Shown here piece after piece: positions 27,981 through 45,375 of a stretch of 64,000 nucleotides of DNA. The stretch's first letter is position 1, and every line of letters starts with the position of its first letter. The notes beneath the pieces are model-generated. The model was not told the DNA's origin, made no database searches, and saw nothing but the letters and a program-made list of their open reading frames with translations. A program made the position numbers and the translations under genes. Origin of the DNA: the human T2T-CHM13v2.0 reference genome, Homo sapiens; NCBI RefSeq assembly GCF_009914755.1, contig NC_060931.1; one strand, 5' to 3'.

Positions 27981-28614
27981 TGTTACCAGAAAAAGTTCAC
28001 GATCCAGATCCCAAGAGAGGGTTCTTGGATCTCACAAAAGAAAGAATTCGGTGCAAGTCCAAGGAGTAAAGTAAAAGCAAGTTTATTCAGAAAGTAAAGG
28101 AATAAAGAATGGCTACTCCATAGGCAGAGTAGCAGTTTGGGCTGCTGGACTAAGGATACTTATAGTTATTTCTTGATTATATGCTAAACAAGGTGTGGAT
28201 TACTTATGAGTTTTCCAGGAAAGGGGTGGGCAATTCCTGGAACTGAGGGTTTCTCCTCTCTTTAGCCATATAGGGTAACTTCTGGATATTGCCATGGCAT
28301 TCGTAAACTGTCATGGTGCTGGTGGGCATGTCTTTAGCATGCTAATGCATTATATTTAGCATATAATGAGCTGTGAGGATGACCAGACGTCACTTTTGCC
28401 ACCATCTTGGTTTTCATGGATTTGGGCAAGGCTTCTTTACCGCAGCCTGTTTTATCAGCAAAATTTTTTTTGACCTGTATCTTGTGCTCACCTCCCATCT
28501 CATCCTGTGACTAAGAATGCCTCACTTCCTGGCAATGCAGCCCAATAGGTCTCAGCCTTATTTTACCCAGCCCCTATTCAAGATGGAGTTGCTCTGGTTT
28601 GGACGCCCCTGACA
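27981..28614 (-). mobile_element. MER41B-type solo LTR with tandem GAS motifs
   Basis: tgttaccag...cctgaca; TTCCAGGAA 28213-28221 and TTCCTGGAA 28234-28242. Confidence 0.9.
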
Positions 28615-28879
28615 TTGTGTCACAGGCTTGTTGTGAGCATGAATGAGTTACTATCAGTAAAGTCTAACATCCAGAAAGGTAAAATTATGCCTCAATATAA
28701 AATGAAAATGAGGAACATATTTTATTCAACTTATTAATTCATGGGAGAATCAATAAGGTGTTAAGTCCAGTTCAAATGAGAATTTAACTTACAGAGGTGT
28801 ATATTCTCCACCAGAAAAAAAATCATTACAAGAGTCATTTGCGGTGCTGTTAGTTTCCTACAACTTTGCAGCTATCCCT

Positions 28880-29892
28880 ACAGCAATGGGCTGAAAAATG
28901 CCTTCCACCCAAGATACCCACATTCCAATCCTAGAACCTGTGAATGTTACTTCATGTGGCAAAAATACGACTTTACAGTTGTGATTCATTCACTCCACAA
29001 CAGTCTCCAGATGGGGAGATTATACTGGATTTTCCAGGTGGCCCTAGAAGGAGAGAGGCAGAGGAAGATTTGACCCAGACAGGAGATTAGAAGGTGGTGT
29101 GACCACAGAGACAGAGACTGAAGGGATGCAGCCGCAAGCCAAGGAATGCCGGCAGCCACCAGATGCTGGAAGAGGCAATGAATGGCCTCTCCCCTGGAGC
29201 ATTCAGAGGGAACATGATCCTGCTGACACCTTGATTTTGTTCCCCAGTGAAACTGATTTCAGACTTCTTGCCTCCAGAATGTGAGAGAATCAATTTCTGT
29301 TGCTTTAAGCCAGTGGTCCCCAACCATGTTGGCACCAGGGACTGGCTTCATGGAAGATAGTTTTTCCACAGACCAAGGGTGAGGATGATTTCGGGATGAT
29401 TCAAGCACATTCCATTGATTGTACACTTTGTTTTTATTATTATTACATTGTAATATATAATGAAAGAATTATACAACTCACCATAATGTAGAATCAGGGG
29501 GAGCCCTGAGCTTGTTTTCCTGCAACTAAACGGTCCCTTCTGGGGGTGATGGGAGACAGTAACAGATCATCAGGCATTAGATTCTCATAAGGAGCGTGCA
29601 ACCTAGATCCCTCGCATGCACAGTTCACAATAGGGTTTCTGCGTCCATAAGAATCTAATGCCGCTGCTGATCTGACAGCAGGTGGAGCTCAATCAGTAAT
29701 GGGAGTGGTGGGGAGCAGCTGTAAATGCAGATGAAGCTTCGCTGGCTCGCCCACCACTCACCTCCTGCTATGTGGCCAGGTTCCTAACAGGCTGCAGACC
29801 AGTACCTGTCTGCGGCCCTGGGGTTGGGGTCCCCTGCTTTAAGCCACCTAGTTTGTAGTCATTTCTTACAGTTGCCACAGGAAATTGCCTAC
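28880..29892 (+). mobile_element. MLT1 (C/D-like) LTR split by MER1A
   Basis: cctagaacctgtgaatgttac...gccaaggaatgccggcagccaccagatgctggaagaggcaa. Confidence 0.8.
29311..29836 (+). mobile_element. MER1A (hAT-Charlie) DNA transposon
   Basis: cagtggtccccaacc...ggttggggtcccctg TIRs; perfect 8-bp TSD CTTTAAGC. Confidence 0.92.
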
Positions 29893-30077
29893 AAAGTCGC
29901 AAAGAGCTTTCTCAACAGAAAGTTAATCAAAGATGCATACTCTATAGAAACAGGTATCCCCAGTGAGTCTGCTAGATGATACTCAGCACCTCACTTAAAA
30001 GACACCCAGGAATCTCCTACCCATTCCTAAGTTTGGACAGTTTTTCCTGACAATTTTAGTCTACAAAATGCTTGGAA

Positions 30078-30569
30078 TATATATAAAGTAATTCATAGAA
30101 AGTAAGCATTACTATATAAATTTTAGTGATACTACTACTCCTCCTACTAATTATAATAATTATCATCATCATCATCATCAACCACCATCATTATTCTCTT
30201 TTATCTTCTTGGCTTGTTCTTTTCACTTGATGGGTTGTTTTGAGTGGGAACCATGATTCTCTTGACTGACAGGCTTCCAGACCCAGTGGAAGAGAATAAC
30301 GGGATTATGAGTGGGAACTCCTTGGGAACACCCAGGAGTTCAAGGCTGCAGTGAACGATGATTGTGCCACAGAGGTTGGTGTTTTCACTGTTAGCTGTGA
30401 GAGTGCGAAGGCACAAGATGTTAGCAGTGGAAGACCAAGGTGTCAGTGATAGGCTTGGGGTTACCCTGCCCTTCCAGCTGGATATCTTGAGCTGCTGTGG
30501 AGATGCAAACAGCATAAAGGACAATTGAATGGAAAGATGTGTGGTTTTCAGTGAACGAATATCCCGGAG
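30078..30569 (+). repeat. local direct duplication, copy 1 (copy 2 at 31218-31700)
   Basis: colinear similarity over about 490 bp. Confidence 0.95.
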
Positions 30570-30757
30570 AGCGTGATGAGGGTGAAAAAATACTTACTCA
30601 CAAATCCCCTGAACAGGGGAAGCAAAGGTGGTATTGCCAAGTGAAAATATTTTGTTTAAAAAAAAAAAAAAAGAGTGAAGTGAAGAAAACCTATAGGTTG
30701 ACTAATTGTTGAAGGTATGGAGTGTGGCATTCAGCAGCATTTTAAGTTAATCTAGGC

Positions 30758-30972
30758 CAGTGGTTTTCAAGGGGGTAGGTGGATTTTGTCATCCAGGGGA
30801 TATGTGGCAAGTCTGGAGACATTTTTGGTCATCGCAGCGGGGAGTGCTATTGATGTCTAGTTGGTAGAGAGCAGGACTGCCACTAAAGATCTTAACAATG
30901 CACAGGGCAGTTTCTTACAACAAAGAATTATCTGGCCCCAGGTGTCACTAATGCTGAGGCCAGGAAACTCAG
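30758..30972 (+). mobile_element. MER20 DNA transposon
   Basis: cagtggttttcaa...tctggagacatttttgg...acaacaaagaattatctggcccc. Confidence 0.85.
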
Positions 30973-31217
30973 CTTTAGGGTGAGAATTCCAGACTCACAG
31001 AATCAGAGTCCTGTAAGGGACCTTAGCAAGTGTGAGGTTCTGTGATTTTCAAAGGACATCTTTCAGATCCCACAGGGTAGGGGGAGGCGCCAGGAGCCCA
31101 GGGACCAGAGAGGCAGTGGAGGGTGTGGAGGGTGGATCTCGTGGTGTTACCACATCACCGGCATCTCTCTCCTCTGCAATGGGTGTTGGTGCAAGGATGA
31201 GTATTTCTGCTGACAGA

Positions 31218-31700
31218 AATATATAAAGTAACTATTCATAGTAAGCATTACTATGTAAGTTTTAGTGATACTACTACTACTAATAATTAATTATCATCAT
31301 CATCATTATCATCAATCACCATCATCATTCCCTTTTATGTACTTGGCTGGTTCTCTTAACTTGGTGGGTTGTGTTGAGTGGGAACCAATGATTATCTTGA
31401 CTGACAGGCTTCCCTGCCCAGTGGAAGAGAATAATGGGATTATGAGTGGGAACTCCTCAGAACATCCAGGAGTTCAAGGCAGTGAGCCATGATTGTGCCA
31501 CGGAGGTTGGTGTTTTCACCGTTAGCTGTGAGAGTGCAAAGGCATAAGATGTTAGCAGTGGAAGACCAAGGTGTCACTGATCGTTTCAAGGTTACCCTAC
31601 CCCTCCAGCTGGCTGTCTTCAGCAGTTGAGGAGACGCAAACTGCACAGAGGACAATGAAATGGAAAAATGTGTGGTTTTCAATGAGCAAATATCATGGAG
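31218..31700 (+). repeat. local direct duplication, copy 2
   Basis: matches 30078-30569. Confidence 0.95.
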
Positions 31701-31712
31701 GGCAGTACCTAG

Positions 31713-31864
31713 AGCCGGGCATAGTGACTGGCACCTACAGTCTCAGCTACTCAAGAGGATTGCTGGAGCCCAGACGTTCGAGGCTGCAGTGAGCTATGAT
31801 CGCATCACTGCACTCCGGCCTGGGCAACAGGCCAAGATCCTGTATCTAAAAAAACAAAAAAAAA
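31713..31864 (+). mobile_element. Alu right monomer (FRAM/AluJ)
   Basis: single arm with A-tail. Confidence 0.85.
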
Positions 31865-32464
31865 GGTTGAAAATAACTAGTGTGTTTTTATTTTGTGTTG
31901 AGGAATAAAAAATTAACAGATGTGGTCACTAATAGTACCGGGAATCCTGGCTGCCTCTGGTGCCTAAGCCCACCCTTCCCAATGTCTATTCAGACCTTGT
32001 TAGAAAAACCTATGGGGTTTCCAACCCCATTTCTGCAAATCTTGCCGACATGCGACATGAGCTGGTTTAATTTCTGACCATAAAAACACATTAAACAGGA
32101 TACAATAAAAAGAGTCCTTTCTTTGTTAAGAATCTTATTGATACAATTTACTAAGGCATTTACCGTGTCTACCCTGTACATGGCTGTGAACATTTAGAGG
32201 GTGTAGGATTTAGGGCTAAAATTATCCCATCTCCGATATATATTCTGGACACTGGAGTTTTAGATAAATCCGTAACTTATGTTTACGTCTCTTCTAAACA
32301 TAGATGGTGGGAACTGGAACCAGCGTGCTTGTAGCTGGGGGAGAAAAATAAAGGCACACTGGCTGTGGGAACATTTATCCTTCCTGGTGGCTATGGCAAA
32401 CCTGTGATCCTATGATCACTCTCCTTATGTTTGGAGGAGTTTCCACCCTCTGAGCCCCACCTTT

Positions 32465-32772
<308 letters not shown>

Positions 32773-34312
32773 TGAGTCCTGCCTTTCCAAGATCAAAGTA
32801 AAAACCAGCTTCACTGCCTCCCTTGTAGCTAGACCATGTCCTGGGAGCCAGGCTTCTCCAGTCAGACCCACAGGAAGGGTGGCTTCACAGACAAAGGTCT
32901 GTGAAGATAGGGGTAGGAGGAGGATGAAAATGTATCATGCAAAACCCATCCTGATGACAAGAACGAGAGACATTTAACTTTGAAAGGCAAAAATTGTACC
33001 AGTGTTAATGGCGGCATCTCATTTCCTGTGTGGACAAAGTGGCAGCTGGATTTAGGAACCCTCTTTTGATAAATCCCTTTTCTCTGAAACTAGCTCAATT
33101 TGGTTCTGGAGACCATAAGTAAAATCACTGCCTGATACAGCAGGAGAAATGTTACTGTGGAAATATCTCAGAGACCAAATCACTTGGCACTTCGCAGTTT
33201 TGTGAAATACTAACTGTCACCATCAGACAAACCTTCACTGCTCCCACCTCCTCAGCATTGCCTGCCCTAATTAGGTGGGTTTTGGAAGAACTCACTAGCA
33301 ACCATAACCTTTAAATAGACCAGAAATTGTCTTTTACAGTGGATTCAGAATCAGTAGCTTTATAAGAAGGGCTTTGCTCAGTTCATGATGACTCTATGCA
33401 TGATTGACTCCATCTCTGTACCTGAATTACAAAAAAAAAAAATGTGGCAAGTAAAGAAAAGGCAAAATGTTATTTTTTTCCCCACTCAGTTTTGCACTGG
33501 GGCTCAGCACGTATGGTTTCAGGTAGGCTCTGCCTTAACATATTCCTGGAATAAGCTTCAGAAAAGAGGCTGTGACAGGTGGAGACAGCTTCCTTGATTA
33601 TAGCTCAGCATGGTTCAAAGGACACTCTGGTAGTTAATTGATTCAGGCAAGATAATTTGTGGGCAATAAACAGCACAGACCTTTTATTTTCAACTGGTCA
33701 GTTAGAACGAAGTTTCTCTAATTCAGTCTTAGAGAATGACTTTTTTTTTTTCCTGTGCTGGAACTCATTCATTTGCATATAGAAAGATGTTTAAACCTCT
33801 GTAGAAATGCCCAGAGATTGTAAAATCTAACATTATGTTTGCAAAGATGGCATCAAGCTCCTTCCTCCTCAGACATAAGAAAATTGCATTTGAACAGGCC
33901 GGGTCTTGAAAACCAGCTGATGGTGTCTGAGTCAAAGATGGAGCTGATATTCTCAGGCAATGGGTCCACTTTGGGGCCACTCCAGCTGTTTTTCTAGGAA
34001 ATCTTCCAAAGCAAACACCACAGTGGTGCTATTCCTGTGAAATGGTGGCACGTCTTCTTCTGTGATCATGGCCAGAGACAACTTCTTTCTTTGAAATACA
34101 TGCAAAAGGTTTTGCTCAGCCTCTGGAGTAAACCCCATCTCAACAGAGCAGCTCTATCCTTTGAGAATATGATTTTGACATCTGATGGACTCCCAATATT
34201 TGATGCTTGTTTTCAAGGCCACACTAACCCCAGTTGGGCTGAGATTAAAATGAGGTCCATAGTAACAGTCACGGGTCCACAGCTCTTGGAGACCCCCTCT
34301 TTTTTTGGAGTC

Positions 34313-34484
34313 TTTTTTTTTTTTTTTTTTTTTTTGAGACAGAGGCTCTCTCTGTCACTCAGGCTGGAGTGCAATGGTGCAATCTCAGCTCACTTCAACT
34401 TCTGCCTCCTGGGTTCAAGCGATTCTCCTGTCTCAGCCTCCCGAGTAACTGTGATTATAGGTGTGCCCCACCACACCTGGCTAA
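34313..34484 (-). mobile_element. Alu right arm only
   Basis: poly-T plus right arm, stops at cctggctaat. Confidence 0.9.
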
Positions 34485-34664
34485 TGCCCTCTGCGGACTC
34501 TTGCACAGTCCTGGCCATGCCTCTCCTGGGCAGGGTCTCTGCAGTCAGTCCTCTTGTCCACCAGCTTCATGCTTTCCATTTTCCTCTCCTACTCATACGT
34601 GGCATCCTCTGCAATGCCTCGAACAGCCAGTGCAGTGCATGGTGACTTGGTGACACATTACTGA

Positions 34665-35136
<472 letters not shown>

Positions 35137-35316
35137 TGACCATAATAAGACAAACAGACCACATCCTGCACTGGCTGGCACCTCTCTTCTCTAAGTCTGG
35201 TCCCTGGCTTTGCCCCAAACTGGTGCATTTTTCCCAGGAGGCAGCTTGGAATCCCTTACAAAAGGCCATTTGACAAGTCCTCTGGAAAGACTGACCTTAG
35301 ATGAAAGCTGGGTGTG

Positions 35317-35614
35317 GGCCGGGCACAGTGGCTCACGCCTGTAATCCCAGTACTTTGGGAGGCTGAGGCAGGCAGATCACTTGAGGTCAGGAATTCGAGA
35401 CCAGCCTGGCCAACATGGTGAAACCTCATCTCTAGTCAAAAAAATACAAAAATTAGTCAGGGGTGGTGGGTGCACATGTGTAATCCCAACTACTGGGGAG
35501 GCTGAGGCAGGAGAATCGCTTGAACCCGGGAGGCAGAGCTGCAGTGAGCGGAGATCGCACCACTGCACTCCAGCCTGGGCAACAGAGCGAGACACTGTCT
35601 CAAAAAAAAGAAAA
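35317..35614 (+). mobile_element. Alu (AluS)
   Basis: full dimer. Confidence 0.95.
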
Positions 35615-36209
35615 GGGCTGCATGTGGTGGGTGGCCTGGCCATATGTGTGCTGGGCCTGGCTGAACTACACTTCCCAGAATTCTCTTCCTTGTGTGTTTT
35701 CCAGTAGAGTGGACTGCAAGAGGGATACCTATGGGAGATGTGGAAGGTGCAGGGGGAAACAGCAGCCGCTTTGTAGCTCACCCACATTACTGCTCATCTG
35801 CTGCCTCCACTTGTTGGCTGGGCCTGCTGCAACTCCACCTGCCCCTGGAGCCCCTCCAGGTTCTCCCACAGCTGGACTTTGTGTGGCTGTTGGCTCCACC
35901 GTGAAGGGCCCTGGCTTCTGCCTGACACGAAACCCAAGGTCAGAGGCAATAAGGCACTTCGACAAGTTTCATTTGTACTCCTGGGCTCCAGCTTAAGTTT
36001 GTGGGTTTCAGCTTGTTCTTGCTTGCTTAGGTTATAGCCGTCATTTCCCCTTCCTGGCTGTCTTCCCTGTGGACTGCAGCTGCCAGCATCAGAAGGAAAG
36101 GAAAGAAGGAAAGACAAAGTCAGTTCTAGAGACTGCTTAACCAGCTCCCACAGTTGCATGAGGTCAAATCCTTGCAAAAAGTCATAAAAGTGATATATAT
36201 GTGCATTGA

Positions 36210-36600
<391 letters not shown>

Positions 36601-36860
36601 GACAGGGATACATTCAAAGAAATGCATCATTAGGCAATTTCATCATTGAGCAAACATTATAGAGTGCACTTATACAACCCTAAGTGGCCTAGCCTATTAC
36701 ACTCCTAGCCTGTATGGTAAAGCGTGTTGCTCCTAGAACAAGAACCTGTAGAGCACGTTGCTGTACTGAATACTGTAGGCAATTGTAACACAATGCTAAG
36801 TATTTGTGTACCTAAGCATACCTAAACATAGACAGGGTACAGTGAAAACATGGTATAAAG

Positions 36861-37245
36861 CAGCAGCCCCCAATCTTTTTAGCACTAGGGGCCGGTTTTG
36901 TGAAAGTCAGTTTTTCCAGGGCTGCAGGGAAGGGTGGGGAGGTGTCAGGATGAAACTGTTCCACCTTAGATCATGAGGCATTACTTAGATTATCAGAAGG
37001 AGCATGCACCCTAGATCCTGCACATGCGTAGTTCACAAGAGTGTTCATGCTCCTATGAGAATCTAATGTCACTGCTGATCTGACAGGAGGCAGAGCTCGG
37101 TGGGTAAGGCGAGTGATGGGGAGTGGCTGTAAATACAGATGAAGCTTTGCTCGCCTGCGGGCCGCTCACCTCCTGCTGTGCAGCCTGGTTCCTAAAAGGT
37201 CACAGATCAGTACTGGTCCAAGGCCTGGGGGATTGGGGACCTCTG
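36861..37245 (+). mobile_element. MER1 DNA transposon
   Basis: cagcagcccccaatc...ttggggacctctg; gtataaag/gtataaaa TSD. Confidence 0.88.
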
Positions 37246-37258
37246 GTATAAAAGACTA

Positions 37259-37716
<458 letters not shown>

Positions 37717-37718
37717 CT

Positions 37719-37817
37719 ATTTTTTTTGAGACATTGTCTCACTCTGTCACCCAGGCTAGAGTGCAGTGGCATTATCTGCTCACTGCAACCTCCACCTCCT
37801 GGGTTCAAGCAATTCTT
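37719..37817 (-). mobile_element. Alu 3-prime fragment
   Basis: poly-T plus part of right arm. Confidence 0.85.
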
Positions 37818-38350
37818 ATACTAATTTATTCTTTTTAAAATCCCTTCTTCAGTGACAAATTAACCTTTGCTTACTGTAACTTTGTAACTTTATAAAGGTT
37901 CTAATTTTTTGTAAATTTTTGGACACTCTGACAGTAATCACTTAGCTTAAAACACATTGTACAGCTGTACAAAAATATTTTCTTTCTTTATAGCTTTAAT
38001 CTATAAACTTTTTCCAACTAATTTTTTTTTCTCTTTACTCCCTAAAAACGAAGACACGAACACACACATTAGCCTAGGCCTACACAGGGTCAGGATCGTC
38101 AATATCACCATCTTCCACCTTCTTGTCTTGTCCCACTGGTAGGTCTTCAGGGGCAATAACACACGCATGGAGCTGTCATCTCCTATGATAACAATGTATT
38201 TTTCTTGAATCCCTCCTGAAGGACTTGCCTGAGGCTGTTTTACAGTTACTTTTTGTATAAATAGAAGGAACACACTCTAAAATAATGATGAAAGTATAGT
38301 GTAGTAAATACAGAAACCATTAGGTCTTTTACTATGATTGTCAAGTATTA

Positions 38351-38684
<334 letters not shown>

Positions 38685-38846
38685 TTATGACTGGCTGATG
38701 AGTAGCATCACCAGCATTGCCACAAACATGTGAGTAATGCATTGTGCTATGATGTTATGGCAGCTACGACATCATTAGGTGATAGGCATTCTTCAGCTAC
38801 ATTATAATCCTGTGGGCCCACTGTCCTACATGCAATCTGTCATTAA

Positions 38847-39572
<726 letters not shown>

Positions 39573-40199
39573 TAGTCTTAGGTCTTACTTGGCCTGTGCT
39601 TTCGATTCTATCCCAGGAGTGCCAGTCCTAGCTTCTGACTGCCCATCCTGGCTCAGAGTTCATTCTTTAGAAAGTGTCTCATGGCAGGTCCTTGACCTGT
39701 GGTGCCATCACTGAGAGATCACCTGGCCACCTTTCACCCAGACACTCCCACAGCTTAGTGCAGATGGTTTTGAGGATATCCACTGTATCTATTCCAATTT
39801 TCTGCTCAAGAAATACCTCTTATTCTACACAGTTAAGGAGCAAGACAGCTAAGACATGGTTTATGGCCTTGTCATTCGCCATCATTGTAGCGCCCTCAGA
39901 CCTCCTGTGGGTTCTGACATTTAAAAAATTCAGTTGTAATCCATCCTCTGAAATCCATCAGTCTGAAAAGGCTGGATGAATATTTTCTTTGTCAACCAGA
40001 AATTGTGTAAGCTATATAGTCAGATACAAGGAGGCAGTGCCCTTTTCTTAAGGAATTCATAATCTAATTGTTACGTTTCTCTGATTGGAGCAAAATGGTG
40101 TTTTACTGACCCAGATTTTATGTTATTCAAACAAATAAAGCTCCAGCTACCAATTTCAAAAGAGCCACTGGACTTAATGGGCATTTAATATATTTCCTC

Positions 40200-40488
40200 G
40201 GCCAGGCACAGTGGCTCATGCCTATAATCCCAGCACTTTGGGAGACTGGGGCAGGGCGGATTACTTGAGGTCAGGAGTTCAAGACCAACCTGGGCAACAT
40301 GGCAAAATCCCATTTCTACTAAAAATGCAAAAATTTGCCGGGCGTGGTGGCACATGCCTGTAATCCCAGCTACTTGGGAGGCTGATGAGGCAGGAGAATC
40401 ACTTGAACCTGGGAGGTGGAGTTTGCAGTGAGCTGTGATCACACCACTGCACTCCCAGCCTGAGTGACAGGGCAAGAGCCTGTCTGAA

Positions 40489-40540
<52 letters not shown>
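40200..40540 (+). mobile_element. Alu with (AAT)n tail
   Basis: dimer; taatatatttcctc TSD. Confidence 0.95.
40489..40540. repeat. (AAT)n microsatellite, about 17 units
   Basis: direct reading. Confidence 0.95.
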
Positions 40541-40740
40541 GTAAATAATATATTTCCTCCCTGGTCTTGACTTCATTTGCAGTGACAGATTCTCATGACT
40601 TCCTGGATTGTTGAGACTTTCCCATGTGAACCATAGTTCATTGCTTCTCACAACAGCAGACAGCTCTTGGTGCTCCACAGTGCTGTAGGGGCGCTGTGAC
40701 ACATGCCGAAGAGCCTCTCTCTTCTGGACCAAGGTACTCA

Positions 40741-41034
40741 GGCCAGGCATGATGGTTCACACCTACAATCAAAAGGCAGGCGGATTGCTTGAGCCCAGCA
40801 GTTCAAGACCAGCCTGGGCAACATAGTGAGATCCCATCTCTACAATAAGTCAATTAAAAAAAAAAAAGCCAAGCATGGTGATATGTGCCTGTAAGTCCAC
40901 CTACTCAGGAGGCTGAGGTGGGAGGATTCCCGAAGCCCAGGAGGTCGAGGCTGCAGTGAGCTGTAATGGTGCCATTGCACTTCAACCTGGGCAACAGGGT
41001 AAGACCCTGTCCAAAAAAAAAAAACAAAAAAAAA
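40741..41034 (+). mobile_element. AluJ
   Basis: dimer with small left-arm deletion. Confidence 0.9.
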
Positions 41035-41657
41035 CGCACTTCTTACTCCTGCTGGTGGATTGTTGCCTGTTGACAGCTCACAGCCAAGTTCCTCCCTAAG
41101 TATTGAGATGACTGCAGGGTGCTGCCCTGCCTGGGATGATGCACTTCCCAATTATGTCCCTCCTCCCTTGACTTTTCAGTGTGGGACACGAAGCTTCAGC
41201 AACCCTGCCTGATTCAGGACATCTCTGCAGGGCAGCTGTGCGTCAGAGCTCCCCGAGGAACTGGCTGAGGCATCTGTTGGAATTGCATCATTTTTCAGTG
41301 TCTCCTCTGATCAGTCTGCTTCCCTCACTCCCTGTACCCAAATCTCCATTTCAGAGCTTGCTGCCAGGGATGGGGCCTATGACAAGTGTCTCCATGAGGG
41401 TAGTGATGTTTCTCCTCCTTTGTTATTTCCCAGGGTTTTGCTAAGTTGTCTGGAGGAGGAAAAACATGGGTTTGTTCTTAATCCTTCCTCGGCTTACTTG
41501 ATATAGAATGGAGAAGACCAGGAGCAACTGGAAGCTGGAAACAAGAGCAGATGAGTCAGAAGTTTGGAGACAGGCACCAAAAAGTCCATCCAGCGTCCAG
41601 GGAATAGTTGAGAGTTAAACACCAAGAAGAGTCAAGCCAAGCCTGGATGAGTCAGGT

Positions 41658-41838
41658 CATGCCTATAATCCCTGCACTTTGGGAGGCCATGGTGGGAAGA
41701 TTGCATGAACCCAGGAGTTTGAGACCAGTGTGGGCAACATAGTGAGACCCCATCTCTATAAAAGAATTAAAAATAAAAATTAGCTGGGTGTGGTAGTGCA
41801 TACCTGCAGTCTCAGCTACTCAGGAGGCTGAGACGGGA
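41658..41838 (+). mobile_element. AluJ, truncated
   Basis: left arm and start of right arm. Confidence 0.85.
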
Positions 41839-41865
41839 AGCAGAATATTACAGAATTATAGTAGT

Positions 41866-41911
41866 ATTAAAAATAATGGCAAAACCCACAGTTACTTTTG
41901 CACCAACCTAA
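41866..41911. mobile_element. MADE1 half element
   Basis: taatggcaaaacccacagttacttttgcaccaacctaa. Confidence 0.85.
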
Positions 41912-42036
41912 TAGTAGTGATAACAGGGTCAGGAAGTGAGAGAAGCCAGAACCATATGACATCCTGGTCCAGGTACTGGCCTAGTTGTGAAATTGCCCCA
42001 CATATAGGTGGCCAGCCATCAAGATCCCAGTTTTGG

Positions 42037-42341
42037 AGCTGGGCATGGTAGCTCACACCTATAATTCCAGTGATTCAGGAGGCTGGGGCAGGAGGATCAC
42101 TTGAGGCCAGGAGTTTGAGACCAGCCTAGACAACATAGCAAGAGACCCTGTCTGTATAACAAGTTTAAAAATTAACTGGGCGTGGTGGTGCATGATGGTA
42201 GTCCCAGCTACTCGGGAGACCAAGGCGGAAGGATCGCTTGAGTCCAGATTCCAAGCTGCAGTGAGCTATGATTGTGTCACTACACTCCAGCCTGGGCAAC
42301 AGAGCAAGACCCTATCTCTTAAAAAAAAAAAAAAAAAAAAA
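42037..42341 (+). mobile_element. AluJ
   Basis: dimer with A-tail. Confidence 0.93.
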
Positions 42342-42726
42342 CAGCCAAGGTAAGAGGCAAGCCTTAGACAGTGCGCCCAAGAACCAATGAGATAAGGAGC
42401 CCAGGGATAGACTTGGTGGAGATTATGGGATGTCTGGGCAGGCAAGCTAATGAGGGCTCATAGCAGAGAGCAAGGCCCAGCATCCCATCTGCCTGGAGTA
42501 CAGCGTAGTCCTTCCAGTCTTTGCTGTGGGGAATTGTCAAGGAACTTCCTGGACAAAAATCACCTTCTGCACAGTGAGCAGAATGGGACCCCGTTGCTCA
42601 TTAGAAACACAACCTGGAGTGGAGTTTCTTAAATGGGAATGGCATCAGGATTGTCTGGAGGGCTTCTAACACAATCCCAGCTCCACCCCCAGATATTCCC
42701 ACTGGGCAAGCCAGGACTTGCCCTTC

Positions 42727-43375
<649 letters not shown>

Positions 43376-43721
43376 TAGTGCAGATACTGTGGCTCTAGGA
43401 GCCACACTCTAAGAACCTTCAGATGGGTCAGCCGGACACCTACACCTGACTATCGTCTTAAAATGCTTCATTCACACCCAGCTCTTATAGGGGAGGACAG
43501 ATTTAGGCCTGGAAACCTGAGAGAAGATCAGGAGATTCAGACACAACACAAATTGATAATGATCAACAGGCTTTGGCCTCAGCTATTTGCCATGGTAAGT
43601 GACTTAACTGTTCTGAGCCTGTGTCTTCATCTGTAAAAAGAGGATAAGAAAGCTATCACATAGGATTGTTGTAAGGATTGGATAAGAGATCAAGTGTGGA
43701 AGGTGTTAGCTGATGTGAGAC

Positions 43722-44584
<863 letters not shown>

Positions 44585-44666
44585 GAGACCCCCTTAAGTG
44601 TTTGTTGTGCATGGTGGGGACACACACAGGCAGTGGGGAACAGCTCTAGCAAGTGAGGCCAGACTA

Positions 44667-45057
<391 letters not shown>

Positions 45058-45066
45058 GGAAAAATG

Positions 45067-45375
<309 letters not shown>

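Noticed and set aside
30201-31682. Two similar short minus-strand ORFs suggesting a paralogous peptide pair
   Set aside because: Similarity follows from the DNA duplication; starts and ends differ, frames diverge and part is Alu-derived.
34037-34645. 202-aa plus-strand ORF
   Set aside because: Crosses an Alu and a poly-T run; the protein-like signal here is on the opposite strand.
40439-40750. ORF with a poly-tyrosine run
   Set aside because: Translation of the (AAT)n Alu tail.
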